Source: a virus
Virus record (IMG/VR): IMGVR_UViG_3300009514_000515
Coordinates: 22,576-86,575 of that record
Length of the DNA stretch: 64,000 nucleotides
Strand: one strand, 5' to 3'
Shown here one piece after another: positions 41,306-50,800 of this stretch; within the stretch, counting starts at the first letter, position 1, and every line of letters starts with the position of its first letter. Made by a program: the position numbers and the translations under genes. Below the pieces are notes generated by a model. That model searched no databases, was not told the origin of the DNA, and saw only the letters and a program-made list of their open reading frames with translations.

Positions 41306-41927
41306 GGAACACCTCACAGGCGCTGAGGAGGGCGTGAGAGACGCCTATCTTGGAGGGGTTCGTGAAGGCCATCTCCGGCCGAAGACGTTCCCAAACCGCC
41401 AGGGCAGAGAGGTCTCCCTTCTGAAACCTCTCGGACACCTCACGAGCCACTCCGTCCCCGAGAGCCCTGAGGTCTTTCGAGTCCCTTACCAGGCGGGAGA
41501 TGAGGTTGAGATCGTTGGTGGTGACTGCGTCCACGAGCTGTACCGCCCTGACCTCCACCTCCTTATCGAGAACAGTCCTGTCCCCTCCTTTCCAGACACA
41601 GAGACAACGGTTCACGATGGTCTCACGAACCTCCGAGAGGTCGTTAGCCCAGAGGATGGGGAAGGTGCCCTCGGGGTCTATCTCCTCGATGGACTTCAGG
41701 AGGACGTCACAGGACTTGTCATTGGCCAGGTCCATAGGACCTAGCACCAGGACGCCGCGCCTCTCCCCGATAGTTCTCGTCGAGAGGATGCGAACGGCCT
41801 CTCGGGCTTGGGCAACGCGCAACCCATCCTCTCCCATCGGAGGTGCCATGGGGCGACCCTCCCGGGCTTTCTCCAGCGCACCACCCTGGGCGGCTGGACC
41901 ATGAAAGAGGTAACACGAACTCTCCAT
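41295..41927 (-). CDS. holB: DNA polymerase III delta-prime-like subunit (short)
   Basis: YLFHGP, DVLLKSIEE and TIVNRC. Confidence 0.65.
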   Translation of the reverse strand: MESSCYLFHGPAAQGGALEKAREGRPMAPPMGEDGLRVAQAREAVRILSTRTIGERRGVLVLGPMDLANDKSCDVLLKSIEEIDPEGTFPILWANDLSEVRETIVNRCLCVWKGGDRTVLDKEVEVRAVQLVDAVTTNDLNLISRLVRDSKDLRALGDGVAREVSERFQKGDLSALAVWERLRPEMAFTNPSKIGVSHALLSACEVFRGS

Positions 41928-41961
41928 CTTCCCTGATCGGTTGGCGGGCATCCTTGCTCTA

Positions 41962-41988
41962 GTACGACACCGAGGGCGTCAGAGGACC
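41962..41988 (-). promoter_or_regulatory. Putative phage promoter GGTCC-N14-TGTCGTAC
   Basis: Third copy, upstream of holB. Confidence 0.7.
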
Positions 41989-42194
41989 TAGTGTCTCACG
42001 GTGAAGGTCCGGTTGCAGGTCAGGCACCTGTAGCGGGCTCGTCGTCCGGAGTATCCGAACTCGCCAATCACGTCAACGTCATTCTCGACAACAACATACC
42101 GCCCCTCACAGTCCTTGGCGGCCTTGCAAGGGAACAGGAGCTTCTTCGAGGAGTCGACGGGGCGTTGCCGAACCTTGTCGCTTTCGATGGTCAT
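41988..42194 (-). CDS. Small Zn-ribbon protein
   Basis: CKAAKDC...RYRCLTC. Confidence 0.6.
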   Translation of the reverse strand: MTIESDKVRQRPVDSSKKLLFPCKAAKDCEGRYVVVENDVDVIGEFGYSGRRARYRCLTCNRTFTVRH

Positions 42195-42754
42195 GGAACG
42201 TAACTCTCTGGGAGGAACCCGGCGTCGACGAACGAACGGCGCAGAGCGGACTCGATGCCTCGAATATACTCGGGGAACCTGCCCGGATTCAACATCGCCT
42301 GGTTGATGGGGAGACTGGCGTCGAACGCATCATCCTCCAACACCGGCACCACGCCGAACTTCCAAATCCTCCAACCCGACTGCACAGGGAAGATGTTCCG
42401 ATCTCCAGAACGAATGAGAGGGCGGTTCGTCTGATCAATCCGAACCACAGGAGATTGAGAACCTCGTCGCGTCTTCGGGAAGGTCGGAGTCGCCGACCCC
42501 ACCAGGATGTAGGCACACCCCAGAGCCAAGACCGAGAGCCCCAAAGCATCTCCCGTGAACGTCGGCAGGTCCTCCGGCTGTATGACCTGGTTGCCGTTGA
42601 CCCCCTCGACACCTCCCAGAAGAGCCTCGGGACCCATGGGCACCAGACCGATGCGTTCCTCTCCCGTTGGAGGAGGGGGGTTCTTCTTGAACCCCTGTTG
42701 ACTCGGGACCCGCCTGTTTGGATGACAGCTCTGCTGCTTGATGTTGAACGGCAC
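42191..42754 (-). CDS. Hypothetical protein
   Basis: 187 aa, GTG start, overlaps the next gene. Confidence 0.6.
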   Translation of the reverse strand: MPFNIKQQSCHPNRRVPSQQGFKKNPPPPTGEERIGLVPMGPEALLGGVEGVNGNQVIQPEDLPTFTGDALGLSVLALGCAYILVGSATPTFPKTRRGSQSPVVRIDQTNRPLIRSGDRNIFPVQSGWRIWKFGVVPVLEDDAFDASLPINQAMLNPGRFPEYIRGIESALRRSFVDAGFLPESYVP

Positions 42755-42865
42755 TTGTTTCTCCCCCCAATTTTCGGGGCAATTGTTTCAACTTTGTTCT
42801 AGTTTGCCCTAGTCCGCACCACCCCTAGAGTTCCCCGAGAGGGAAAGTTACGAAACTTTGTTTGC

Positions 42866-42913
42866 GAAAGTTTGAGAAAGTTTGAGAAAGTTTGAGAAAG
42901 TTTGAGAAAGTTT
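42866..42913. repeat. 10-bp tandem array (GAAAGTTTGA x ~5) in a non-coding region
   Basis: Directly visible, with degenerate and inverted copies just upstream (gaaagttacgaaactttg). Confidence 0.9.
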
Positions 42914-42946
42914 CACCACACCGAAGCTGAGAGGGCGCAGGTGCCC

Positions 42947-42966
42947 CTACCCCATGGCGTCGATAG
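42947..42966 (-). promoter_or_regulatory. Putative late promoter CTAT-N12-GTAG
   Basis: Matches the 45016-45035 copy in spacing. Confidence 0.45.
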
Positions 42967-43572
42967 CCTTTCTAGGCTTGCCAGGGGCTGCTCCCGATTA
43001 GGTTCCCGTAGAGGTCTAGGTTCTACCTGTTACTCGTAGGGTTGATACCATAAGGGAGAGTATCTGCCGTCTTATCGAGGACTGAGGTTGCGATTCCACC
43101 AGTTTGAGCGGTTTCAGTCGTGTTCGATGAAGGTGAAGCGTTGAGGTCGGTGTTGGTGGGTTGGGTAGCGACATCGGTAGTTTCACTACCTCTGTCCAAC
43201 CTATTAGAGGTTAGTAGAGATAGAGAACTCCGATGACGGCGGTTCTGGTCTTCCTGTGCTCTGCTCCTCGGCACTGACCAGGTACGCCCAAACCCTTCTC
43301 GCTCCTGTCGGGGCAACCTCTGGGGTTGAGCCTGTCGGGAGGAGGGTAGGGTCTCGTCTGAGTGCTTTCGGGAACCTCGATGGTCTCTGGTGGCTACTTC
43401 GGAAGTGTCTCTTTTCGCCTCGACCAACTACTCGCTCCCCAACCCCAGCATGCAGCCCGTAACATAGGCACTCGTCGTGCCCCCTCAGAGGTCCTGTTAG
43501 GCTCTCTGAAGGACGCCCTCAATAGAGGGAGGGGTTGAAGCCTCGGAGGGTAGTCCGAGGTCTCTCAGGCTG

Positions 43573-44979
43573 TCAAGGGAGGTTCTCAGGCGTCGACGTC
43601 AGGATGGGCGTCGACCATCTTCCGGAGCTTGGCGTAGTAGCGGTCGAGGTGCTTGATGACCTGGGCCGAGGTGCTTGATGACCTGGGCGGGAGCGCATCC
43701 AGTCTCGTCGGAGGCTGGCTTTCCAGTCGGAACCGACGGCGTCGGCATAGTCACGGATGGCTTGGAGTTGCTTTGCGTTGGGTTGCCTTCCTGCTCGGCG
43801 TCGACGCTGGAACGCGGCCCGGATACGCTGACGGCTGTAGGCCTCCTGCTTGTGCAGGAACGACTTCCAGGCCTGCTGGACGTCTCCCGGGGCCGAATCC
43901 ATGATGGTGTCGATGCCCTGGCTGGCGAGCCACTTGCGGACGGTCTGCATGCGAGAGTCGACGAATCGACGGTCGATGACCTCCTCTCCGGCCTCCAGGC
44001 GGTCGGCGATAGCCTGGCCTCGGGAACCGCTATTGCGCAGGATGCGCAGGACAATCGGAAGACGCTCGTTGACGATGCCCCTGGACCGGGCGGCAACCTG
44101 GTCGACAAACCCGCCCGAGGGACTTGGGTCCGTGGCTCGGGCGACCTCCAGGAACGCCTGCATGATGAGGCCGTTGATGAGGTTGCGCTCCTTCACCAGG
44201 CTGACGATGTAGCCGAGCATCGTCTCCGCGTCGTCTTTGACGTGCTTGCCGGGGAAGAGGATCATGTCGGCTGTGATCTCTTCCTTGGTGGCCGAAGGCA
44301 TCGCGGTGGACCACACGCTCTCGTCACTGTCGTCCATGACGAGGCCAGATACCTCCTCGGAGGCACGGGCTCGCTCCATCTCGCGGATGTACTTGCCGGC
44401 GGCCTGGATAGCCCAGCGACGCAGACGACCAATGAGGTTCTTGTTCTGGGGCGTCGAAGAGCCCTCCAGAATGGGGGCGACGGCCTTCTGGTCGTTGTTG
44501 CCTGCGTAGTGGAACAGGCTCGCCCATCCCATCTTCCTCTTGGCGCCCATGACCATCTGCTGGGCCACGTCGTCGTAGTCGGCGTAAGGGTGCTGGGCGA
44601 GCATGCCGCCTACCGGCTCCATCACGTAGGAGAAGAATCCGGTGTTGCGAGAACTCAGCCACCCCTTGTTGTCCGTCAGGGCGCCCATGTCGGCGAAGGG
44701 GTACTCGGCCTCGACGGCCTTGCCGGCTTGCTTCAGGCCCTGGCCAGGATGGCCTCGTCGAGACCACTCGTATGGGCGTCCGAGAACCCCCTCGATGTAC
44801 TGAAGGCGAGCCAGCATGTCGAGCTGGCTCTCCAGGACCGCCTTGACGTGACGAAAGGCCACGCGCCGAGCGACCTGTTTCTGGGGGCTTGCTTCCTTCT
44901 GGCGGAGGGATGCCTTGAGGCGGCGATACGTGCTGAACAACACCTGCATATGGGGATTCAGCGGAATCTGGCGGTCCAT
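43573..44979 (-). CDS. Hypothetical phage protein with a rearranged C-terminus
   Basis: Start MDRQIP at 44979. Carries VARRVAFRH. A 22-bp duplication lies near the 3' end. Confidence 0.7.
   Translation of the reverse strand: MDRQIPLNPHMQVLFSTYRRLKASLRQKEASPQKQVARRVAFRHVKAVLESQLDMLARLQYIEGVLGRPYEWSRRGHPGQGLKQAGKAVEAEYPFADMGALTDNKGWLSSRNTGFFSYVMEPVGGMLAQHPYADYDDVAQQMVMGAKRKMGWASLFHYAGNNDQKAVAPILEGSSTPQNKNLIGRLRRWAIQAAGKYIREMERARASEEVSGLVMDDSDESVWSTAMPSATKEEITADMILFPGKHVKDDAETMLGYIVSLVKERNLINGLIMQAFLEVARATDPSPSGGFVDQVAARSRGIVNERLPIVLRILRNSGSRGQAIADRLEAGEEVIDRRFVDSRMQTVRKWLASQGIDTIMDSAPGDVQQAWKSFLHKQEAYSRQRIRAAFQRRRRAGRQPNAKQLQAIRDYADAVGSDWKASLRRDWMRSRPGHQAPRPRSSSTSTATTPSSGRWSTPILTSTPENLP
43645..43688. 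repeat. Exact 22-bp tandem duplication
   Basis: cgaggtgcttgatgacctgggc x2. Confidence 0.9.
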
Positions 44980-45015
44980 GCTTTCCTCTCGGTCCAGGTA
45001 CTCCCGGTGAAACAA

Positions 45016-45035
45016 CTACAGGGCAGGTGATATAG
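45016..45035 (-). promoter_or_regulatory. Putative late promoter CTAT-N12-GTAG
   Basis: Intergenic, 36 bp upstream of the ATG at 44979. Confidence 0.5.
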
Positions 45036-45106
45036 TCAAACGAACGCGTCGAAAACCCCGGTGGAAACCAGGCCGAACTTCCCCCGAAACTTTTTCTAGA
45101 GCCGCC

Positions 45107-45136
45107 TTGACAGGGGGTTCTAGATCGAAGTAGCGT
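45107..45136 (+). promoter_or_regulatory. Host sigma70-type promoter TTGACA-N18-TAGCGT
   Basis: Perfect -35 and a TAnnnT -10, about 100 bp upstream of 45237. Confidence 0.5.
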
Positions 45137-45236
45137 CGTGGACAGGCTGCGGTCTTGACCGAAGACCGTCCGTTTCCGCAGCCTACCGTATCCGCTGAGG
45201 CTCTTTGAGCCCAAGTGACAAACGAGGTTATACGTC

Positions 45237-46664
45237 ATGGCCAAATTGAGCCAGAAGTGGTTTCGTGACCCTGTTGTTCTCGCGCTCGGCGAGCTGTGTG
45301 ACTTCGAGCCCGGTATAGGCATCCCAAGACGTGATGTCGTGGACCGTGTTCTGGAGAACACGGACATCGATGAGATGGCCGAGGGCTACTCCCCGAGTAA
45401 GAAGAGCAAGCCCCAGATCGCGCTCTGGATTGAACATGCCTTTCGGAACCAACGAGGAGGCAGGTACAACAAGAGGAACGCCAAAACCATCTCCATCGAC
45501 CCTGCCAACTGGCGGACACACGGTGGCCTCTGGGGGCTCACTGAGCTGGGTGTTCGCAGGGCTTTGGAATTGGCCGAAGCGAACCCCTCGTCGGGTAATG
45601 GCGGCGGAGGTAATGGCGGCGGAGGTAATGGCGGCGAAGGTAATGGCGGCGGAGGTAATGGCGGCGGAGGCTTGTCCGAGACCGTCGAGACCGTCGAGGA
45701 AGAGGTCCCGCTCCTCGTCGTCGAGCCCGATACTGAGGAGGACGGCCACCTATTCAAGGTCGAGGAGCCCGTCGTCGAAGATCCGGTCGAGGAGCCGGTC
45801 GTCGAAGAGCCGGTCGTCGAAGAGCCGGTCGGGGTCGAGACGATCTTTCCCGTAGTCGAGCCCGACATCACCGCCGAAGATATCGAGGTGGTCCCCGGCG
45901 TCGCCGAAGAGATTGCTCACGAACTGGCCCAAGACGAGGTGGTCTGTCAGACGGAAGAGACCATCCGCATCGTCGAGGAGGAGCCGGAGACACCGTCCAC
46001 GAACCTGACTGGACAGTACCTCGGGGACCACTGGGAGGAGTGCTGGAGCACCATGCTCGCGGCCGTGCGTAAACGCTGGAAGCGCTCTGACGATCTAGGC
46101 CTGGTCGAGGACCACGTCTCGATTTACGTCACCAACCTCATCAATCGGGACGGCCTGCGCAAACACATCCTGGACCCCGAGTTCAAACTGTCCTCTCGTC
46201 ACCTGGCTTTCTGGTGTGCTCAGGACTGCGTCAGCCAGCAACATCGGTGGGGCAGGGACCCGAGCGCCAGGACCCTGCGCAACGCCAAGACTCGATTCGA
46301 CCTGAACAACAAAATCGATGCCCGCATCGACCCGGACCTTTCCGGTCGGTTCGTCTGGAACACCGACCGAGGGATTCAATCCTTCGCCATCGTCGACAAC
46401 GCGCACGAGGCCATGCTCGACCATCTCTCGATGAAGGAAGCCATGGGGAAGATGGAGGATATCATCCACGACAATATGAAGTCCGGAGCGGCTGAGCGCT
46501 ATGTCTCTATCCTCCGAAGCATGGTCGAGGACGAGTGTTCCATCGTCGACGTCGCCGAACAGGAGCAGGTCACCCGCAATCGCGCCGCCAGCATCATAGG
46601 GACTCTGCGTTCCCTTCTCCGCGGTGCGCAGCGAGTCGGCTACCTTGAGGGCTACCTCAACTGA
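45237..46664 (+). CDS. Putative transcription regulator: Mrr_N-like winged helix, low-complexity linker, sigma-like C-terminal domain
   Basis: N-terminal WFRDPVVLAL...GGLWGLTELG, then (GNGGG)5 and EEPVV repeats, then C-terminal HTH SIVDVAEQEQVTRNRAASII. Confidence 0.65.
   Translation: MAKLSQKWFRDPVVLALGELCDFEPGIGIPRRDVVDRVLENTDIDEMAEGYSPSKKSKPQIALWIEHAFRNQRGGRYNKRNAKTISIDPANWRTHGGLWGLTELGVRRALELAEANPSSGNGGGGNGGGGNGGEGNGGGGNGGGGLSETVETVEEEVPLLVVEPDTEEDGHLFKVEEPVVEDPVEEPVVEEPVVEEPVGVETIFPVVEPDITAEDIEVVPGVAEEIAHELAQDEVVCQTEETIRIVEEEPETPSTNLTGQYLGDHWEECWSTMLAAVRKRWKRSDDLGLVEDHVSIYVTNLINRDGLRKHILDPEFKLSSRHLAFWCAQDCVSQQHRWGRDPSARTLRNAKTRFDLNNKIDARIDPDLSGRFVWNTDRGIQSFAIVDNAHEAMLDHLSMKEAMGKMEDIIHDNMKSGAAERYVSILRSMVEDECSIVDVAEQEQVTRNRAASIIGTLRSLLRGAQRVGYLEGYLN
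45594..45668. repeat. 15-bp tandem repeat x5 (GNGGG linker)
   Basis: ggtaatggcggcgRa units. Confidence 0.9.
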
Positions 46665-46764
46665 GCTGAGCCCTCAGCTTCCTCACCTCGGCCTTGAGGT
46701 CCGCGACCTGTTTCGACAGATCGCGGACCATGCCGTACACCTCAGCGGCATCGGCAACCCTTGG

Positions 46765-47178
46765 AGTTTGACGAGTACCGGGGAGTCAAGACCTCGGGTT
46801 GGAAGTAAACCCCGCTTACACGTCTCAGGAGTGCCCCTCCTGTGGCTACATCTCACGCCGGAACCGCTCCGGTACAAGATTCGTCTGCCGTTCGTGTGGG
46901 CGGAAATCTCACGCCGATTGGGTGGGAGCAAGTGGTGTCCTCAGACGTTCTGGGAATCAAGGCATCACTTGCAAAGACCACCATCGGAAAGTGAAGCGAT
47001 TGCTGAGAGAGCGATACCGTCTCAGGCGGGCCAGTTCCTCGGGAGTCGTCCAGCGGCTTGCGCCGCCTTACGCGCCCTCACCGTTGGGCCGGAAGTTTAC
47101 TACCAGGGTACCTCCGTTAGGAGGGACTGGCACAGCTTCAAATTCGATACCTAGCTTTGCCTAGGTTTTGAAGAACGG
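46765..47178 (+). mobile_element. tnpB: Internally deleted TnpB element (IS607/IS605-like remnant)
   Basis: EVNPAYTSQECPSCG...FVCRSCG...HADWVGA is the TnpB Zn-ribbon/RuvC-III tail. It ends CTAGGTTTTGAAGAACGG, like the element at 63799. The left boundary is approximate. Confidence 0.75.
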
Positions 47179-47221
47179 TTCGGACTCTCTTTCTGGTCGT
47201 TCATACTGGTCTCAGGCTTGA

Positions 47222-47581
47222 CTACCCCGCCCAGTCACTCTGGAGGTCGGTCTCGTTGAGGGCTCGCTCCACCTGGTCCGGCTCGGGGTTGTACTCGATG
47301 TCCTTGGGGAGGGTGATGGCTTGCGTCTCGGGCTCGCGCATCATCCCCACCAGGTCATAGTACCCCTCAGCCGGAGGTTGTTCACCAAGGTCAGCAAACC
47401 TTTTCGCGAAGCGACGCATGATGCCCGTGACCTCTGCGGCCGTGTAGTCCTCGTCGTCGATGAGGCGGGAGGCGAACTGGAGGGTGTTCGCCGCCGAAGC
47501 CTTCGACCACAGGAAGTGGCCCGAGAGAGTCGAAATGTACTGACCCCACTCCTCGGGGGTCCTCGGATTCGCGATGCTCAT
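47222..47581 (-). CDS. Hypothetical protein
   Basis: Start MSIANP at 47581 overlaps the upstream stop. Confidence 0.65.
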   Translation of the reverse strand: MSIANPRTPEEWGQYISTLSGHFLWSKASAANTLQFASRLIDDEDYTAAEVTGIMRRFAKRFADLGEQPPAEGYYDLVGMMREPETQAITLPKDIEYNPEPDQVERALNETDLQSDWAG

Positions 47582-47875
47582 AGCGTTCTCATCTCGGCGA
47601 TGACCAAGGGCACCACCTTGTCCACATCCCAGTACACATTGGGGTATTGGTCTTTGATCTCCCACTCGATTGACGCGGCCCCTGCTCGGGGGTCATCGTC
47701 ATACATTTCGAGAGTGGATTTCATCCCCAATATGGACCCAGTTTTCCTTTCGGTTCAGAATACGCAGAGACTGAGTCGAGGCGTGCTTCTCCAGGATGTC
47801 CAGAATAGCTTCCTTGAGTTGGGGGTTGTCGGTTGACGCCGCCAGGCGGATCATTTCCTCTCGTAGATTTCTCAT
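47578..47875 (-). pseudogene. Small phage protein with an apparent +1 frameshift in a G4 run (47725-47728)
   Basis: MRNLREEMIRLAAS...WVHIG and MKSTLEMY...AEMRTL* join into one ~98 aa ORF if one G is removed. Confidence 0.5.
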
Positions 47876-47883
47876 CGACTACC

Positions 47884-50800
47884 TCACATCATGATGGGCA
47901 GGCCGCCCAGCCAGGGAGACATGGCCATCTCGAAAGTGTCCTGGTCGAGCTTGAGGAAGCTCGCCATGCGCTTCTCCATCTCCTCAGTCCACTCCTTACC
48001 CAGCTCCGTCGTCTGTGCCTCTTTGACGATTTTGTCGAAGAGCTTGCCCGACAGGACCTGGAACAAGGCTCGAATCTCGTCCATCGTCCGGTCGAGGTCG
48101 TCCTTGGGCTGGTCGTACTTCATGTCGAGGATGATTTCGTGCACCGGCATGTCCTGGCCCTGTCGCCAGCTACGCGCCGTGCGCTGTTTCATCTCCTCGT
48201 TGTTCCAGGTGTCGCGGTCGAGATGGATGACCGTTCCGAAGGCCTGGAGGTTCTGTCCCGTGCTGTAGCTCTTGCCGTGCAGGGTGCAGGTGGCGACGTC
48301 GGAGTCCGGTTGGACAATCTGGTTGAGGACGAAGGAAGCCCAGTCGGCTTTGTTGTAGTGACGGTTCTCGACGGGGTCCGCGTCCAGCTCCAGGAAAAGC
48401 CGATAGGGCCGCGGAGTCCAGGGCAGCTTGTGTGCATGGTCTACGGACTGGCCCTTGACCTCGCCACGGACGGTGTACTGCTTGATTTCGGAACCGTCTC
48501 GGAAGAAGTGGCCCTTGCTCCCGAGCATGGCGACGTGGACCTTGCCCGGAATCTTCTCCGAAAGCCCCTTGGCGGTCTTGAGGACCATCTTCGGGTCGTC
48601 GGTGAAGAGGAGAGAGCGGCCGCCGTCGACGAGCTTGTCGCGGACGATGCGAGTCGACTCCTCAATCTTCGGGTTCTTCTTGAGGTCGACATGGGCCTCG
48701 GGATAGAGCGCCAGCTCCCACAGGAGCCGGATGACGGGCTTCATGTTCTTCGAGGCCCACTGCTCAATCTTCGGGTCGTGAGCCGCCGGAATCTTCCGGA
48801 TGCTCTTGATATCCCCAGTCGAGGGGTCGGAGAGACGCAGGACCGTTGTCGGCCTCGCACCCTGTTCCGTCGCCGGACCTTCCGTCACGACCTCTCGGAC
48901 GTAGCCGCCTTTCTCGTACTTCTCGACGAGGGCCCGGAGCTGGCCCACAATCTTCTTCGAAGCCTTGCGGTACTCCTTCTCGACCGTCTTCGGCATGACG
49001 ACCGTGCGGGTCTCCTGCTCTAATTCGGGCAGGGCGAACTCTTCGACGTCTTCCTTGTCGGCGTAGAAGATGTTGCGCTTCGACCAGGTGTGTAGGTCTC
49101 GCTTGGCCAGCTCCTCTTCCTCGGTGGCGCCGGGACGGGTCTTTTTCAGACCCACGATGCGGCCTCCGACCTCCTCACAGAACCGCTCCTTGAACAGGCG
49201 CATGTTGCGACGGAGACGACGACCCTCCTCGCCTTTCTGGGAGATGTCGATATTGTTGCAGACGGAAGTCAGGACGTAGGCGTCCATGGGCTCGTTCTCC
49301 ATCGGAGAGGCCGTCAGGCAAATCTTGCGCGGGTGGTTGAGGCTCAGAGCAGCCTGGGAGGTCTTGTTCCTGTAGTTGGACAGCTCCTGGGCCTCGTCGA
49401 AGTAGATGATGATGTACTTGCCCGGCTCCCAAGGGTCGTAGGTGAAGGTCTCCACCTTGGTTCCCATCTTGCGCTTGACCGTGACTTTGCCCCTCTTGCG
49501 GGCATTGCGGAACTGGGCGTAGCTCAGTACGTCGAGCCGGCCAATGAGGTCGGCGGCGGCCTCCCTGGTCAGGAAGTCGTAAACCTGGTCCTTGATATTG
49601 CCGACCAGGTTCTTCGGGGCGACGTAGAGGAACCGTCCGTTGGTTCCGCTGCCGGGCTCGGCCCACCCGTCGCGAAGCATCTTCTGCATCGAGGCGATAG
49701 AGGTGAGGGTGTTGTGGTTCATGAGCCCATTACCGACAAAGCAGTGGCTCGGGTCATCAACCTCGATGTCCATGACCACCGCCGAGCCCTCCTGGAGGTC
49801 CACGATGGGGTCGTAGAAGTAGTTGCGGTCGATGATGTTCTGAATCTCCCGGTAGGCGTTAGACTTGACCATGGTCAAGCTGTCGAACACGTCCAGGAGT
49901 TCCCGCAGGAACCGGTAGCTGGCATTTCGACGACCGAGGCGGATGTGATTCATCGTATTGTGCACCGACGAACCAAACCGGTCTCGGAACGAAGCGACGT
50001 TACCCCCCCAAATGGACAGGATGGCCGCGTGCATCTGCTGCACAAGGTGCGCCACATGAGGGACGATGTCGTGATTGGTATTGCCGGGCCTCTCCAGAAC
50101 CGGAACAAGAGCCTCGATCTTGCGTTGAGACACCAGGCCAATATTCTGCATGAACAGACGGGCACTCTCACCGAAGATGTGCGTCACCCAGTAGGTGTGG
50201 TCGTACCCCTTGACCTTCTTGGGGCGGCGTCTCGCAACGACGCCAAACCGCAGGAGCATTATCTGAATAGTCCTGGACAGCTCCTTCGAAGCCGAGGACA
50301 ACTCGATACCTTGGGTGGGGCTAATGCTACATTCGGCGTCGATATATCCTCTCAGGAACTGACGCATCGACTCTCGGGTCGAACGTAGAACCGCAGGAGG
50401 CACGACTTTGTCTTTGGACAACCGCCCCATGACCTTCAATTCGTCTGAGCCGAGGAAGGCGCAGAGATACTTACTGGACACCTGAATGTCCTCACCTTGG
50501 TAGGCACCGCTGGACCACCCGAACTGAGACCGAAGGAGGCTCTCTATGTCCGCTCTCACCTCGGGGTTGATGTCCCCGTCTTGCGACAGGGAAAACTTGT
50601 CGCTTCCGTTCGTCCACCCCTCTCCGATGAGGTATCCGAGAAAACGAGACAGTTCGGGGTTCATCCGGTCGGGAACCTCGTAGACGTTCCCAAGATTGTG
50701 GCGAAACACCTCGTCCGGGTGCGGCCAGTACAACTCCGGCTCCTCCGTCGGAAAGCACCCCTCACTACGGTCTACGCAGAGGTAGTCGCCCACGACCAGG

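Noticed and set aside
17494-41927. Bacterial chromosome origin of the window (dnaX, dnaN, recA, holA)
   Set aside because: The genes are divergent, clustered unlike any chromosomal order I know, and contiguous with terminase and virion-type genes.
42866-42913. Possible CRISPR array
   Set aside because: The 10-bp units are head to tail with no spacers, and there is no cas operon.
43023-43427. 134 aa - strand ORF in the non-coding region
   Set aside because: Atypical codon usage and Ser/Thr/Arg-rich composition, no recognisable motif.
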